57,516 nt of DNA from a virus (taxonomy: Duplodnaviria; Caudoviricetes): positions 1-57,516 of IMG/VR virus record IMGVR_UViG_3300025061_000001; one strand, 5' to 3'. Made by a program: the position numbers and the translations under genes. The notes under the pieces are model-generated. The model saw only the letters and a list, made by a program, of their open reading frames with translations, had not been told where the DNA came from and did no database searches. Below are positions 9,410 through 18,811 of the stretch, piece by piece (within the stretch, counting starts at the first letter, position 1; each line of letters opens with the position of its first letter).

Positions 9410-9851
9410 GCGTTGTGACGAGTGTAGCTCACAACGAATTAGATATGCAAACAACCGAATCTTATACAAAAAGCCCGTTGGCGATTGGCCTTATATTTGG
9501 CACTGTGATTGCTGCAAAGCCGCAGTCGGTTGCCACCACGGCACGTTCTACCCGCTTGGTAAAATGGGCAATTACCAGACACGCCAAGCTCGCGCTAGAG
9601 CTCATAAATGGTTTGATCGCATACACAAACAATATAGGCTTATGAGTCGTACAGGTGCTTATACTTGGCTTGCTGAAAAGATGAGCCTTAAAAGGCACCA
9701 GTGCCATATAGCGCATTTTAATAGTGAGCAATGTGAGCAGGTAATACAGTTGTCCAAAAAGCGTATCAAGCAAGGTCAACCAAAAAAGGGTAAACTAACC
9801 CACATACGAGGCCGGAAGGTCGTCAATCCAGGCGAAAGGAGAAAATATTGA
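9366..9851 (+). CDS. DUF3268-like zinc-finger protein
   Basis: CDEC...CDCCKAAVGCH, AHKWFD, AYTWLA, CHIAHF motifs. Confidence 0.75.
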   Translation: MENVRKRAEWLNPPERCDECSSQRIRYANNRILYKKPVGDWPYIWHCDCCKAAVGCHHGTFYPLGKMGNYQTRQARARAHKWFDRIHKQYRLMSRTGAYTWLAEKMSLKRHQCHIAHFNSEQCEQVIQLSKKRIKQGQPKKGKLTHIRGRKVVNPGERRKY

Positions 9852-10894
9852 TGGGTGTACAACTTGCAGAAAAAACATTAAAAGCAATCAGCGACGCGCT
9901 TAACGCTGATAAGTGCGGACAGTTCAGACAGAACTTAAAAGTGCTTTTACCTAAAATGGAAGACGCTTATCGCGGTACGGAAAGTAAGTTTCGCAGCCAC
10001 CAAGGTGCTTCGGGTATTGGGGTTGATTGCCCTAGACAAGTCCAGCTTCGTTGGAAGTGGGTAGCACAAGCAAGCTTTGACGAACGTATGTTACGGCTCT
10101 TTAACCGCGGCCACCTTGAAGAAGCGCGTTTCCTTGCCATGCTAATGTGCATACCTAACGTTCAGCTATGGTACGAAACAGACGAAGGCGGGCAGTTTAA
10201 GTTCAACGACTTTGGCGGTCACTATGGTAGCGCTCTTGATGGTATTATGGTTAACTGTCCTGACCTTGAGCCTGGCGTACCTTGTTACACCGAATTTAAA
10301 ACAGCCGGAAGCAAAGCGTTCGCTAAGATAAAGACGGGCGGATGCCAAGCTGAAAAGCATGAACATTATGTGCAGATGAATCAATGTATGGAGTATTACC
10401 AGTTACCATATTCGCTGTATATGGTAGTCAACAAGGACACTGATGAGCTTTACGCTGAAATTATTGCTTACGACGCGGACAACGCTAAGACGTACAAGCA
10501 GCGAGCTGAGCAAGTTATTTTCACAACAGACGCGCTGACCCGTATTAGCAACCAATCAACCTTTTGGAAGTGTAAGTTCTGCGACGTTAAGTCTGTGTGC
10601 CATGGTAAAGAAGCACCTGAAATAAATTGTCGTACTTGTATACATTGGACAGCTAAGCGCGAAGGCGGTTATTCGTGTAATCGTGGTCACAATGAAATAG
10701 TAAGTGATAAAACAGCTTGCTTTGATGGGTGTGGTGAACACGTTTACGACCCGACGCTACTGCCACGCTTTAGCTTTATGGGTGGAAACCACGAAAGCAA
10801 CTATGCCGTATATCGTACGCGTGATGGTAAGGAGTTCAAGCAAGGCCCTGACCACATTACGTCACAACAAATACAAACGAAGGAAGTTTGGTAA
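9848..10894 (+). CDS. PD-(D/E)XK (Cas4-like) exonuclease
   Basis: ASGIG..CPR, GSALDG, EFKT, QMNQCM and CKFC...C motifs. Confidence 0.8.
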   Translation: MMGVQLAEKTLKAISDALNADKCGQFRQNLKVLLPKMEDAYRGTESKFRSHQGASGIGVDCPRQVQLRWKWVAQASFDERMLRLFNRGHLEEARFLAMLMCIPNVQLWYETDEGGQFKFNDFGGHYGSALDGIMVNCPDLEPGVPCYTEFKTAGSKAFAKIKTGGCQAEKHEHYVQMNQCMEYYQLPYSLYMVVNKDTDELYAEIIAYDADNAKTYKQRAEQVIFTTDALTRISNQSTFWKCKFCDVKSVCHGKEAPEINCRTCIHWTAKREGGYSCNRGHNEIVSDKTACFDGCGEHVYDPTLLPRFSFMGGNHESNYAVYRTRDGKEFKQGPDHITSQQIQTKEVW

Positions 10895-12618
10895 TGAAGC
10901 CACGCGATTACCAAGAATATGCAATCAACAGCATATTCAAATACTTTGAAGACGGTAAAGTCGGCAATCCTGTCGTATGTATGCCAACAGGTACAGGTAA
11001 ATCGCTAGTCAGCGCTGAGTTCATACGTCGTGTATGTACTCAGTGGCCTGGCCAACGAATTATCCTACTAACGCACGTCAAGGAGTTAATTGAGCAGAAC
11101 TATGACAAACTAATGCAAATTTGGAGCACCGCTCCGGCTGGTATTTATTCGGCTGGTATTGGTCGAAAAGAAACTATGTTCAACATAACATACGCAGGCA
11201 TACAATCAATTCACCGCGTAGCACATGAGTTCGGACATGTTGACCTTATTATAGTCGACGAGTGCCACCTCATACCTACCAAGTCGAACACGATGTACCG
11301 TAAGTTTATTGAACTTCTAAAACGTGTGAACCCCCACTTAAAAGTGATAGGTTTGACAGCTACCGCCTGGCGTGTTGGTACTGGTATGATCACGGACGAA
11401 AATGGTTTCTTCGACGACATTTGCTGTGATATGTGTTCGTTCGACGCGTTCAACTGGTTTTTTGATCAAGGTTACTTATGTGAGCTTGAACCGCGTGCTA
11501 CCGAAACCGAACTTGACCTTACTGGTGTTGGTACTAGTCAAGGTGACTACAAGCAAGGTGAGCTTCAGCGTGCAACGGATAAGGAAGAAATTACCCGAGC
11601 CGCTGTTGCTGAAACCGTACAGGTAGCACGTGAAGAAAACCGAAACCATTGGCTTATATTTGGTACGGGTGTTGATCACGTTGAGCACATTGTAACCGAA
11701 CTACAAGCGCAAGGTATAACAGCCGCAGCCGTACACAGTAAAATGAGTACAGCACAGCGTAACGCTAATATTGCAGCATTTATGAACGGGGAAGTAACGG
11801 CGCTTGTTAATAATGGTGTACTAACCACAGGGTTCGACGCGCCATTTATAGACCTGCTCGTGATACTGCGTGCAACCAAGTCGCCTGGCTTATGGGTGCA
11901 AATATTAGGCCGCGGCACACGTCCTTTCTATGCTCCAGGCTACGACCTTTCAACACAACAGGGTAGACTTGACGCTATTGCGTACAGCGAAAAACCTAAT
12001 TGCTTGGTCATGGACTTTGCTGGTAACACGTTACGACTTGGCCCTATTAATGACCCAGTATTACCCAAGAAAAAGGGTAAAGGTGGCGGCCAGGCGCCTG
12101 TACGTGAGTGTGACCATTGCCCTATGATATTTCACGCTAGCTTGCGTAAGTGTCCGAAGTGCGGCCATGAGTACCCACCGGAAATCAAGTTCAGCGCTAA
12201 GTCGAGCGGTGAAGAGCTTATAGCTAAAAAGAAAAAGGATGACACACCTTTAGTACAGACTTTTAAAGTAGATATGTTAACATACAAGCTTCGCAAGGGG
12301 CGTATGAATAAGCCTGATTATATTGAAATGACGTACCAGTGCGGCTTACGACGCTTTAAGCAGCCTTTATGTCTTGAACATGAAGGTTACGCTCGTAAAG
12401 CTGCACGTGATTGGTGGCGCGAAGCAGCAGATACTGAGCCGCCTGAAACGCTAGGTGAAGCAACCGAACGCTGGCATGAGTGTTCTACACCACAGTTCAT
12501 ACGCGTATGGACAAATCGTAAACCTTATCCAGAAATTAAAAAGATAGATTACAAGGGGGAAATAGGACATGAAGTCGGAATGGGAAATATGGCAGCACCA
12601 GCAACGCGAAGCGCGTAA
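10894..12618 (+). CDS. SF2 DExH helicase with C-terminal Zn ribbon (RadD/YejH-like)
   Basis: PTGTGKS, DECH, GLTAT, LTTGFD, QILGRGTR, CDHC...CPKC. Confidence 0.9.
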   Translation: MKPRDYQEYAINSIFKYFEDGKVGNPVVCMPTGTGKSLVSAEFIRRVCTQWPGQRIILLTHVKELIEQNYDKLMQIWSTAPAGIYSAGIGRKETMFNITYAGIQSIHRVAHEFGHVDLIIVDECHLIPTKSNTMYRKFIELLKRVNPHLKVIGLTATAWRVGTGMITDENGFFDDICCDMCSFDAFNWFFDQGYLCELEPRATETELDLTGVGTSQGDYKQGELQRATDKEEITRAAVAETVQVAREENRNHWLIFGTGVDHVEHIVTELQAQGITAAAVHSKMSTAQRNANIAAFMNGEVTALVNNGVLTTGFDAPFIDLLVILRATKSPGLWVQILGRGTRPFYAPGYDLSTQQGRLDAIAYSEKPNCLVMDFAGNTLRLGPINDPVLPKKKGKGGGQAPVRECDHCPMIFHASLRKCPKCGHEYPPEIKFSAKSSGEELIAKKKKDDTPLVQTFKVDMLTYKLRKGRMNKPDYIEMTYQCGLRRFKQPLCLEHEGYARKAARDWWREAADTEPPETLGEATERWHECSTPQFIRVWTNRKPYPEIKKIDYKGEIGHEVGMGNMAAPATRSA

Positions 12619-12781
12619 GCTTGCACAACGGGAAATGAGCGATGCTGGTATTATTATGACTTGTGCTAATTGCGATCACTGTATAGTAGCTGATAACAAG
12701 TGCGGTAAGTACGGAGCTACTCCGCCGATTAGTGTGGTCAGTACGGGTTGTGACGAATGGGAAATAAAAGTCCCTTTCTAA
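12569..12781 (+). CDS. Small Cys-rich protein
   Basis: CANCDHC...C...C; AGGA RBS. Confidence 0.6.
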   Translation: MKSEWEIWQHQQREARKLAQREMSDAGIIMTCANCDHCIVADNKCGKYGATPPISVVSTGCDEWEIKVPF

Positions 12782-12934
12782 GTGATTGATATAATATGGG
12801 TTTTCAAAAAACCCATATCTTTTTAGAAAAAGATGAAAAAAGTAGTTGCAATGGATCTCAGTTTGAATGAATATACACACATCGCTTAAGCAAAGCGGTA
12901 AACAAAAGCAGATTAAATCAACGGAGATTCAAAT

Positions 12935-13588
12935 ATGAAAACTTACTCAAATAAATCAAACGCTGTACGTGCAATGAACACTTACACTCAGAAAGTTCAG
13001 CAATACCTTAAAGGCGCTGAAGTTGTAGAGTACGACAACGCGTTCGCAGTTAGCTTCAGCATGGACAGCGAAACACCTGATGAAATGATTGCAATGCTTG
13101 GTGAGAAGTTTATCGTTTCAACTGTTAAACCTGAGCCAGTAGTTGGTGAGTTTGTTAACTGCCCTGATTGCGGTATCCACCTTAGCAACGGTGTAAGCTG
13201 CTACGAAACACAGCGTCAAATCGCAGCACAGGAAAACGCACCTGAAGCACGTATTAAAAAAGAATATGTGTGCTTAGCTTGCGACCACGAATTCGGTGAA
13301 GTTGTTAAAACTGCAAAAGCTAATTCATCTAACACAGCGAGTAACGCGACAGGTAACGGGCTTAAAATTCAGAAAAATCGTGAAGAGCGTAATGGTGTTA
13401 AGCGTCCTTCAAATGGCGGTAAGTGTGCGCAACTTTGGGATCTGTTTGACGCAATGTACGCTGAAAAAGGTATTGTGCCAACACCTAAACCAGCAAAACA
13501 ACGTTCAGCTGAGCTAGGGTTAGACCCAGTGACCACACAGGTTCAACTTTACCGCTGGCGTGAGTTCATGGGCTTTAAAGGTAAATAA
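12935..13588 (+). CDS. Hypothetical protein: Zn ribbon plus shared ~60-aa domain (paralogue 1)
   Basis: CPDC...CLAC; C-terminal RP...W...G.DP.T...Q..RWREFMG. Confidence 0.75.
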   Translation: MKTYSNKSNAVRAMNTYTQKVQQYLKGAEVVEYDNAFAVSFSMDSETPDEMIAMLGEKFIVSTVKPEPVVGEFVNCPDCGIHLSNGVSCYETQRQIAAQENAPEARIKKEYVCLACDHEFGEVVKTAKANSSNTASNATGNGLKIQKNREERNGVKRPSNGGKCAQLWDLFDAMYAEKGIVPTPKPAKQRSAELGLDPVTTQVQLYRWREFMGFKGK

Positions 13589-13664
13589 GGTTCAAAGGGC
13601 TTGCTATCAAGCGAGCCCTATTATAAGCTACGCGACCATGAACTAGACGTTAGGAACTACCATC

Positions 13665-14267
13665 ATGTTATTTTTATTTGTTGATTGTAAAATTTTGAAA
13701 ATCGTCGAAAGCGAAGCACAGGCGTTTTATTGGGCTGATCTGCTTGCTCCAAAAAGCGATTACTATGTTAATGAAGTAAGCGTTGCTGGCTTACAGGGTT
13801 TCACTGATGTAGAACTTCGCAAAATTCACGATAATCATAGTGATGGTATTAAAGCGTCTAGTTCATGGTCGCGTGAAGCTTTAATTGGTTCAGTCCTTAA
13901 AGTAATGAACAACATAGAAGCTGATCAAACTGCTGAGTATTTGCTAAACGGCAAACTAGGCGGCAAGTATAGCAACCCTAAAATCGAGCCTGTAAGCGCC
14001 ACACAGCAGCTTAAAAACTGCGGCGACGTAACACAAGCAGGTAAAGGCGTTGTAAGCACCACAACGCGCACAGCTAGCACAACAGCGAAACGTCCTAAGC
14101 CAGGCACAGCTTCGGCGCGTATTTGGGATAAATGTGACGAAATACGTGAAGTAAAAGGTTTTGAGTTCGTTAAAACCGGAGTTGCTGAGTGGGGTGATAC
14201 ACAAGGAATTAACCCGTCAACAGTACGTACACAGTTTGGCCATTGGCGTCGTTTTAACGGTCTTTGA
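13665..14267 (+). CDS. Hypothetical protein with shared ~60-aa domain (paralogue 2)
   Basis: C-terminal RP...IW...GINPSTVRTQFGHWRRFNG. Confidence 0.75.
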   Translation: MLFLFVDCKILKIVESEAQAFYWADLLAPKSDYYVNEVSVAGLQGFTDVELRKIHDNHSDGIKASSSWSREALIGSVLKVMNNIEADQTAEYLLNGKLGGKYSNPKIEPVSATQQLKNCGDVTQAGKGVVSTTTRTASTTAKRPKPGTASARIWDKCDEIREVKGFEFVKTGVAEWGDTQGINPSTVRTQFGHWRRFNGL

Positions 14268-14296
14268 TAAGCTTTAAAAATAATTTCAAAAAGGGC

Positions 14297-14325
14297 TTGC
14301 AATCACATTTGTGATAACTTAGTAT
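14297..14325 (+). promoter_or_regulatory. Sigma70-like promoter
   Basis: TTGCAA-17-TAGTAT with A/T-rich upstream sequence. Confidence 0.55.
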
Positions 14326-14378
14326 TAGCACCATCGCAAAGCGAATTAACTTTTAAACCCCGTTATTGGAGAAATATA

Positions 14379-14924
14379 ATGTCAAACGAAAATAAAGCCC
14401 CTGAAGCAGCAACCGAAACCGCGAAGCCTGCCGTAGTTCAAATGCCTGAACAGAACGGAGTTCGTCAACCTCGTCCGAACACTAACTGTGACGTAATTTG
14501 GCAACGTGCTAATGCTATGTCTCAAGAGCGTAACGCACCTGTGGCAGTTGCTGATTTACTTGAAGTGCTAGTAGCTGACGGTTTTAACCCTGCAACAGTA
14601 AAAACTCAGTACGCTCGCTGGCGTAAGTTCCACGGTATCGAAGGTGTAGTGGTATCTGACAAAGCCCGTCAAAAGCGCGAAGAAGCTGAAGCGAAAAAAG
14701 CTGCTAAAGAAGCAGAACGCGAAGCTAAGAAGAAAGCGCGTGAAGAAGAAAAAGCACGTAAAGCAGCGGAACGTGCTGAAGCGAAAGCAGCAAAGGAAGC
14801 TGAGCGTAAAGCTAAAGCTGAAGAGCGTGCAGCAGCAAAAGCAGCAAAAGAAGCTGAAAAAGCTGCAAAAGCAGAAGCAGCAAAAGCGAAAGACGCCGCA
14901 AAAGCTGACAAAGAAGCTGAATAA
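14379..14924 (+). CDS. Hypothetical protein: shared domain plus Ala/Lys/Glu-rich helical tail (paralogue 3)
   Basis: GFNPATVKTQYARWRKFHG followed by AKKAAKEAE-type repeats. Confidence 0.8.
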   Translation: MSNENKAPEAATETAKPAVVQMPEQNGVRQPRPNTNCDVIWQRANAMSQERNAPVAVADLLEVLVADGFNPATVKTQYARWRKFHGIEGVVVSDKARQKREEAEAKKAAKEAEREAKKKAREEEKARKAAERAEAKAAKEAERKAKAEERAAAKAAKEAEKAAKAEAAKAKDAAKADKEAE

Positions 14925-14943
14925 TAAATAAAACACAGCCCTG

Positions 14944-14973
14944 AGCCCTAGTTTTACGCTAGGGCTTTTTATT
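14944..14973 (+). terminator. Intrinsic terminator
   Basis: AGCCCTAG-N7-CTAGGGCT followed by T tract. Confidence 0.7.
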
Positions 14974-15015
14974 CAATCCGGTGTACCCTGCCACCATCAC
15001 AAACAAGGGATTCAA

Positions 15016-15699
15016 ATGAATACTCAAAAACCCCTTCGCTTACAAAAGAACCAACCTAGCGAAGTTCTACTCCACTCTATTTTTCCAACTATTCAAGGTG
15101 AAGGTATATATGCCGGGCAACCTGCAACGTTCATTCGTTTAGCTGGATGCAACCTTAGATGCCCTGTATGCGATACCGAGTATACTAAAGGTGCGCGTAT
15201 GCGCAGCGTTGACCACATTGTAAAAGCTGTGGAACACGTTACAGCGCCGAATAAGCTTGTGGTCATTACAGGCGGTGAGCCATTTAGACAAAACCTTAGT
15301 GAGCTTGTTGCACAGCTAATGAAGCACGAGTACACAGTTCAAATTGAAACTAACGGTACGCTTGCGCCTACATACAATACAAACTATCCTGTTCGTATTA
15401 TGTGCTCGCCTAAAATCGGGCGTATACATAAAGACCTTGCACCACACGTATCAGCTTATAAGTACGTAGTTGATTACAAGCACGTTGACGTTGTGGACGG
15501 TTTACCGACACGCGTGCTAGGTTTGAAGGTGAAGCCAGCGCGTCCACCAATTGAACACGAACGACCTATTTTCATCCAGCCTGTGGACTGTAAAAACCCA
15601 AAGGAAAATGAAAAACATCTGCTAGCAGCGGTAAGCTCAGCAATGGCGCATGGCTACACGCTATGTCTTCAGATTCATAAAATAATTGACGTGGAGTAA
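15016..15699 (+). CDS. queE: 7-carboxy-7-deazaguanine synthase (radical SAM)
   Basis: TIQGEG, FIRLAGCNLRCPVCDT, ITGGEP, IETNGT, LQIHK. Confidence 0.92.
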   Translation: MNTQKPLRLQKNQPSEVLLHSIFPTIQGEGIYAGQPATFIRLAGCNLRCPVCDTEYTKGARMRSVDHIVKAVEHVTAPNKLVVITGGEPFRQNLSELVAQLMKHEYTVQIETNGTLAPTYNTNYPVRIMCSPKIGRIHKDLAPHVSAYKYVVDYKHVDVVDGLPTRVLGLKVKPARPPIEHERPIFIQPVDCKNPKENEKHLLAAVSSAMAHGYTLCLQIHKIIDVE

Positions 15700-15703
15700 T
15701 ACA

Positions 15704-15838
15704 ATGGAAGAACGTGATTTTTACGGCGAAGTCCGTGACCTGCTTAACGAGTGGGCTGATAATTTGGGTGGCTATGACGATAGCATTCGCACAGACGTAG
15801 AAGAGATTTTAGTCGACGTGGAGGCGGGATATGAATAA
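15704..15838 (+). CDS. 44-aa highly acidic protein (not in ORF track)
   Basis: MEERDFYGEVRDLLNEWADNLGGYDDSIRTDVEEILVDVEAGYE; GGAG RBS; fills the queE-queC gap. Confidence 0.6.
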   Translation: MEERDFYGEVRDLLNEWADNLGGYDDSIRTDVEEILVDVEAGYE

Positions 15839-16556
15839 GTTAATTCAGGAAAAAGATTACAAAAACGAAACTTGTGTTGTCGTAATGAGTGGGGGTCAAG
15901 ACTCAACGACGTGTTTAGGTATGGCGGTCGAACTTTTCAAAAAGGTTATAACTGTTAGCTTTACTTATGGTCAGAAGCACGGTGTGGAAATTTTTTGCGC
16001 TAACGAAATCGTAAAGGAAATGCAAGAAAAGTTCGGTGTTGAAATTGAGCAGCATGTAATTAATGTTGACGCTTTACGAAACATTGGAAATAGCGCTTTA
16101 ATAGCTGGTGACGAACAGGACGACGTAACTAAAGAGCACGCACAGAAGCCTGGCTTGCCAGCGTCTTACGTACCGAACCGTAACGCCACGTTCCTAACCC
16201 TTGCTCACGCGCTAGCACAAAAGGTAGGCGCTAAAGCGGTTATGACTGGTGTGTGCCAAACCGATTACAGCGGATACCCCGACTGCCGACGCAACTTCAT
16301 TGAGCAGCTACGTGACGCGCTTAACATAGGTTCGGACAGTTTTATCGAATTTATAACCCCTTTAATGTACGTTGATAAAGCGTTCACATTTAAGCTTGCT
16401 GAAGAGTACGACGTGCTTGACATCGTTTTACAGAAAAGCCATACTTGCTATCAAGGTGATCACAACACAGAAAACGAATGGGGTTTTGGCTGTGGTGAAT
16501 GTCCTTCGTGCGAACTACGTGAGAAAGGCTGGGCTGAGTTTCTGGAGCGCTACTAA
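15831..16556 (+). CDS. queC: 7-cyano-7-deazaguanine (preQ0) synthase
   Basis: SGGQDSTT, YGQKH, VPNRN, GYPDCR, TCY...GCGECPSC. Confidence 0.95.
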   Translation: MNKLIQEKDYKNETCVVVMSGGQDSTTCLGMAVELFKKVITVSFTYGQKHGVEIFCANEIVKEMQEKFGVEIEQHVINVDALRNIGNSALIAGDEQDDVTKEHAQKPGLPASYVPNRNATFLTLAHALAQKVGAKAVMTGVCQTDYSGYPDCRRNFIEQLRDALNIGSDSFIEFITPLMYVDKAFTFKLAEEYDVLDIVLQKSHTCYQGDHNTENEWGFGCGECPSCELREKGWAEFLERY

Positions 16557-16741
16557 TGGAGCGCGTTAGACTTGAGGGCGGCCCGTTAGCGGGTCGTCTT
16601 ATTGACCTAGCTTGTGCAGCTAGCGGAACTCTAACGTTTAGCTTGCACGGTCAAACGGGTCGTTATTTAAAGATAGAAGGTCTTTACGGACGTGTATCAA
16701 ATAAACTTAAATGGGAACATAAAATTGAAAAAGCTGTATAA
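16556..16741 (+). CDS. Small hypothetical protein
   Basis: 61 aa, TAATG-coupled to queC. Confidence 0.55.
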   Translation: MERVRLEGGPLAGRLIDLACAASGTLTFSLHGQTGRYLKIEGLYGRVSNKLKWEHKIEKAV

Positions 16742-17210
16742 ATCAACTAAAACTTTCGGGCACGACTTAGGTCTGAGCTGTGCGTTTCGTCAATGGCGTG
16801 CTGAGTCGCATTGCCGTTTTATTCATGGCTACGCGCTATCTATTCATTTAGAGTTTACGTCAAGTGCATTAGACGACCGTAATTGGGTTGTTGACTTTGG
16901 CGGTTTCGGTGACATTAAAGAGTGGATTAAAGAAACATTTGATCACACTACTATTGTCGCTAAAGACGATCCTGAAGTGGAAACGTTTGAAAAGCTTTGT
17001 GACGCTGGCTTAATTGACCTTATTAAAATTGATAATGTTGGTTGCGAAGCGTTTGCTGATTACATCTATAAAACCGTCTCTGGATGGTTGCGTCGCAAGT
17101 GTGAGAACGCTGACGTTCTTGAAGGTGTGCAGCTAACCAAAGTTGAAGTAAGAGAACACGGTGCTAACAGCGCCATTGTAGAAGTAGCGTACAACGAGGA
17201 AACACGCTAA
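16725..17210 (+). CDS. queD: 6-carboxytetrahydropterin synthase
   Basis: CRFIHGY, VVDFG, FDHT, VREHGANSA; start uncertain (TTG 16725 or GTG 16692). Confidence 0.9.
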   Translation: MKKLYKSTKTFGHDLGLSCAFRQWRAESHCRFIHGYALSIHLEFTSSALDDRNWVVDFGGFGDIKEWIKETFDHTTIVAKDDPEVETFEKLCDAGLIDLIKIDNVGCEAFADYIYKTVSGWLRRKCENADVLEGVQLTKVEVREHGANSAIVEVAYNEETR

Positions 17211-17800
17211 TGACTAACGAACAATTAGAGCTAATTCAATTAGCAATTAAAGATACTCTTTTCGCAATTGAAAAACAAAAGGACGGTAAACTTCGCGAAG
17301 GGTTACAGGAAACACCGAAACGCTATGCTAAAGCCATGGCTCATTGGTTCGGCGGTTACGCTGTTGATATTGCGGATATCCTTAAGGTGTTCGAAGATGG
17401 TGCAGACAACTATGACGAAATGGTTGTGGTCAAAGACATTCCAATCTATAGCCATTGTGAACACCACATTGCACCAATCATTGGCACAGCAACTATCGCT
17501 TACATTCCAAACGGTAAAATTGTCGGTCTGTCAAAGCTGTCCCGTCTAGCTGACGCTTTCGCACGTCGTTTGCAAGTACAAGAGCGTTTGACTACACAAA
17601 TTGCTGACGCACTTGAAGAGCATTTGCAACCGCTTGGCGTTGGTGTGTTGATTCGTGCGCGTCATATGTGCATGGAATCACGCGGTATTTCGCAGCAAGG
17701 ACACCACACTATCACAACCGCGTTACGTGGCGTCATCAAAGAACAAACCGAAACACGTTCTGAGTTCTTAAGCTTAGCTAACAGTGATGTGAAAGTCTAA
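17210..17800 (+). CDS. folE: GTP cyclohydrolase I
   Basis: EGLQETPKR, SHCEHH, GLSKL, RLQVQERLT, HMCMESRG. Confidence 0.95.
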   Translation: MTNEQLELIQLAIKDTLFAIEKQKDGKLREGLQETPKRYAKAMAHWFGGYAVDIADILKVFEDGADNYDEMVVVKDIPIYSHCEHHIAPIIGTATIAYIPNGKIVGLSKLSRLADAFARRLQVQERLTTQIADALEEHLQPLGVGVLIRARHMCMESRGISQQGHHTITTALRGVIKEQTETRSEFLSLANSDVKV

Positions 17801-17872
17801 CAACTACTAGCTAATTGAAAGCCGTTCGGTTATTATAACCCTACGGCTTTTTTATTCTTTGGAGGAAGCACA

Positions 17873-18811
17873 TTGGACGGTAAATTACAGATTTATTTAG
17901 CCGCGGTATTCACAAACAGTTATATGCCAGGCGGAAACCGATACCCAAAATTAAACGAGCGCGAAATTGAAGTAATGGAGCGCGTTTCAAACCATAACAT
18001 ACTTGAATCATACCACTATGTTTTGAAACAGTCGTTTGTAAATAACATGCGCGAAAATAACGCTAAGGTGTTTCTTGACTCGGGTGCGTTCTCTGCTTGG
18101 TCTTTAGGTGCAACAATCAAAATTGAAGACTACTGCAATTATATTCGACGTAACGCGGACATTATACGCGTTGAAGACGGAGACCTAATGGCGTCCGTAC
18201 TCGATTCGATCGGTAGCGCACAAGGTACGTTTGAAAACCAAATGCACATGGAACGCCTAGGTGTGCGTCCGTTACCCTGCTTTCACTACGGTGAAGACGA
18301 ACGCTATTTGGAGTGGTATATTAAAAATTATACTTATATCACGATTGGGGGTATGGTAGGTAAATCGAAAGTCCACCTTGAAAAGTGGCTTGACCACATT
18401 TGGTCGAAGTACCTTTGTGACGGTAGCGGTAACGCTAAGATTAAAGTTCACGGTTTCGGTCTTACGTCTGTTAGCTTGATGGAACGTTACCCTTGGTATT
18501 CGTGTGACTCCTCGTCCTGGATACAAGCAGCCGCATTCGGTTCAATCTTTACAGCTAAGCATGGCCCGATAGCTGTGTCAGCTGAGTCGCCTAGCCGTCA
18601 TACGCAAGGGCAGCACATTACAACGTTATCATCAATTGAACGTGAATATATGGAAGATATGTTGTTTGAACATGGATTTAGTGTTGATCGCTTATCCACC
18701 ATTTATGAATCACGTGCTGTGTATAACATGCTTGGCTATATGCAAGTAAATGATATGATCAATAAAGAAAAAACTAATCAAAACCTAAACATGATACAGG
18801 GGCTTTTCTAA
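17873..18811 (+). CDS. dpdA: DpdA-like (TGT-fold) DNA 7-deazaguanine transglycosylase
   Basis: FLDSGAFS, PCFHYGE, IGGMV, KVHGFG, SCDSSSW; directly follows the preQ0 genes; TTG start with GGAGGA. Confidence 0.7.
   Translation: MDGKLQIYLAAVFTNSYMPGGNRYPKLNEREIEVMERVSNHNILESYHYVLKQSFVNNMRENNAKVFLDSGAFSAWSLGATIKIEDYCNYIRRNADIIRVEDGDLMASVLDSIGSAQGTFENQMHMERLGVRPLPCFHYGEDERYLEWYIKNYTYITIGGMVGKSKVHLEKWLDHIWSKYLCDGSGNAKIKVHGFGLTSVSLMERYPWYSCDSSSWIQAAAFGSIFTAKHGPIAVSAESPSRHTQGQHITTLSSIEREYMEDMLFEHGFSVDRLSTIYESRAVYNMLGYMQVNDMINKEKTNQNLNMIQGLF

Noticed and set aside
9848..10894. Cas4-like nuclease as part of a CRISPR-Cas system
   Set aside because: No cas1/cas2 or array is present; solo PD-(D/E)XK nucleases beside Sak4, SSB and helicase are ordinary phage recombination genes
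14568..14936. Phe/Cys-rich and Ala/Ser-rich antisense ORFs
   Set aside because: Antisense shadows of the AAA/GCA/GAA-rich tail of 14379-14924
17873..18811. tRNA-guanine transglycosylase for queuosine tRNA modification
   Set aside because: It lacks the C-terminal CxCxxC zinc site of bacterial TGT, no queF/queA is present, and the context is DNA replication; DpdA-like is the better reading
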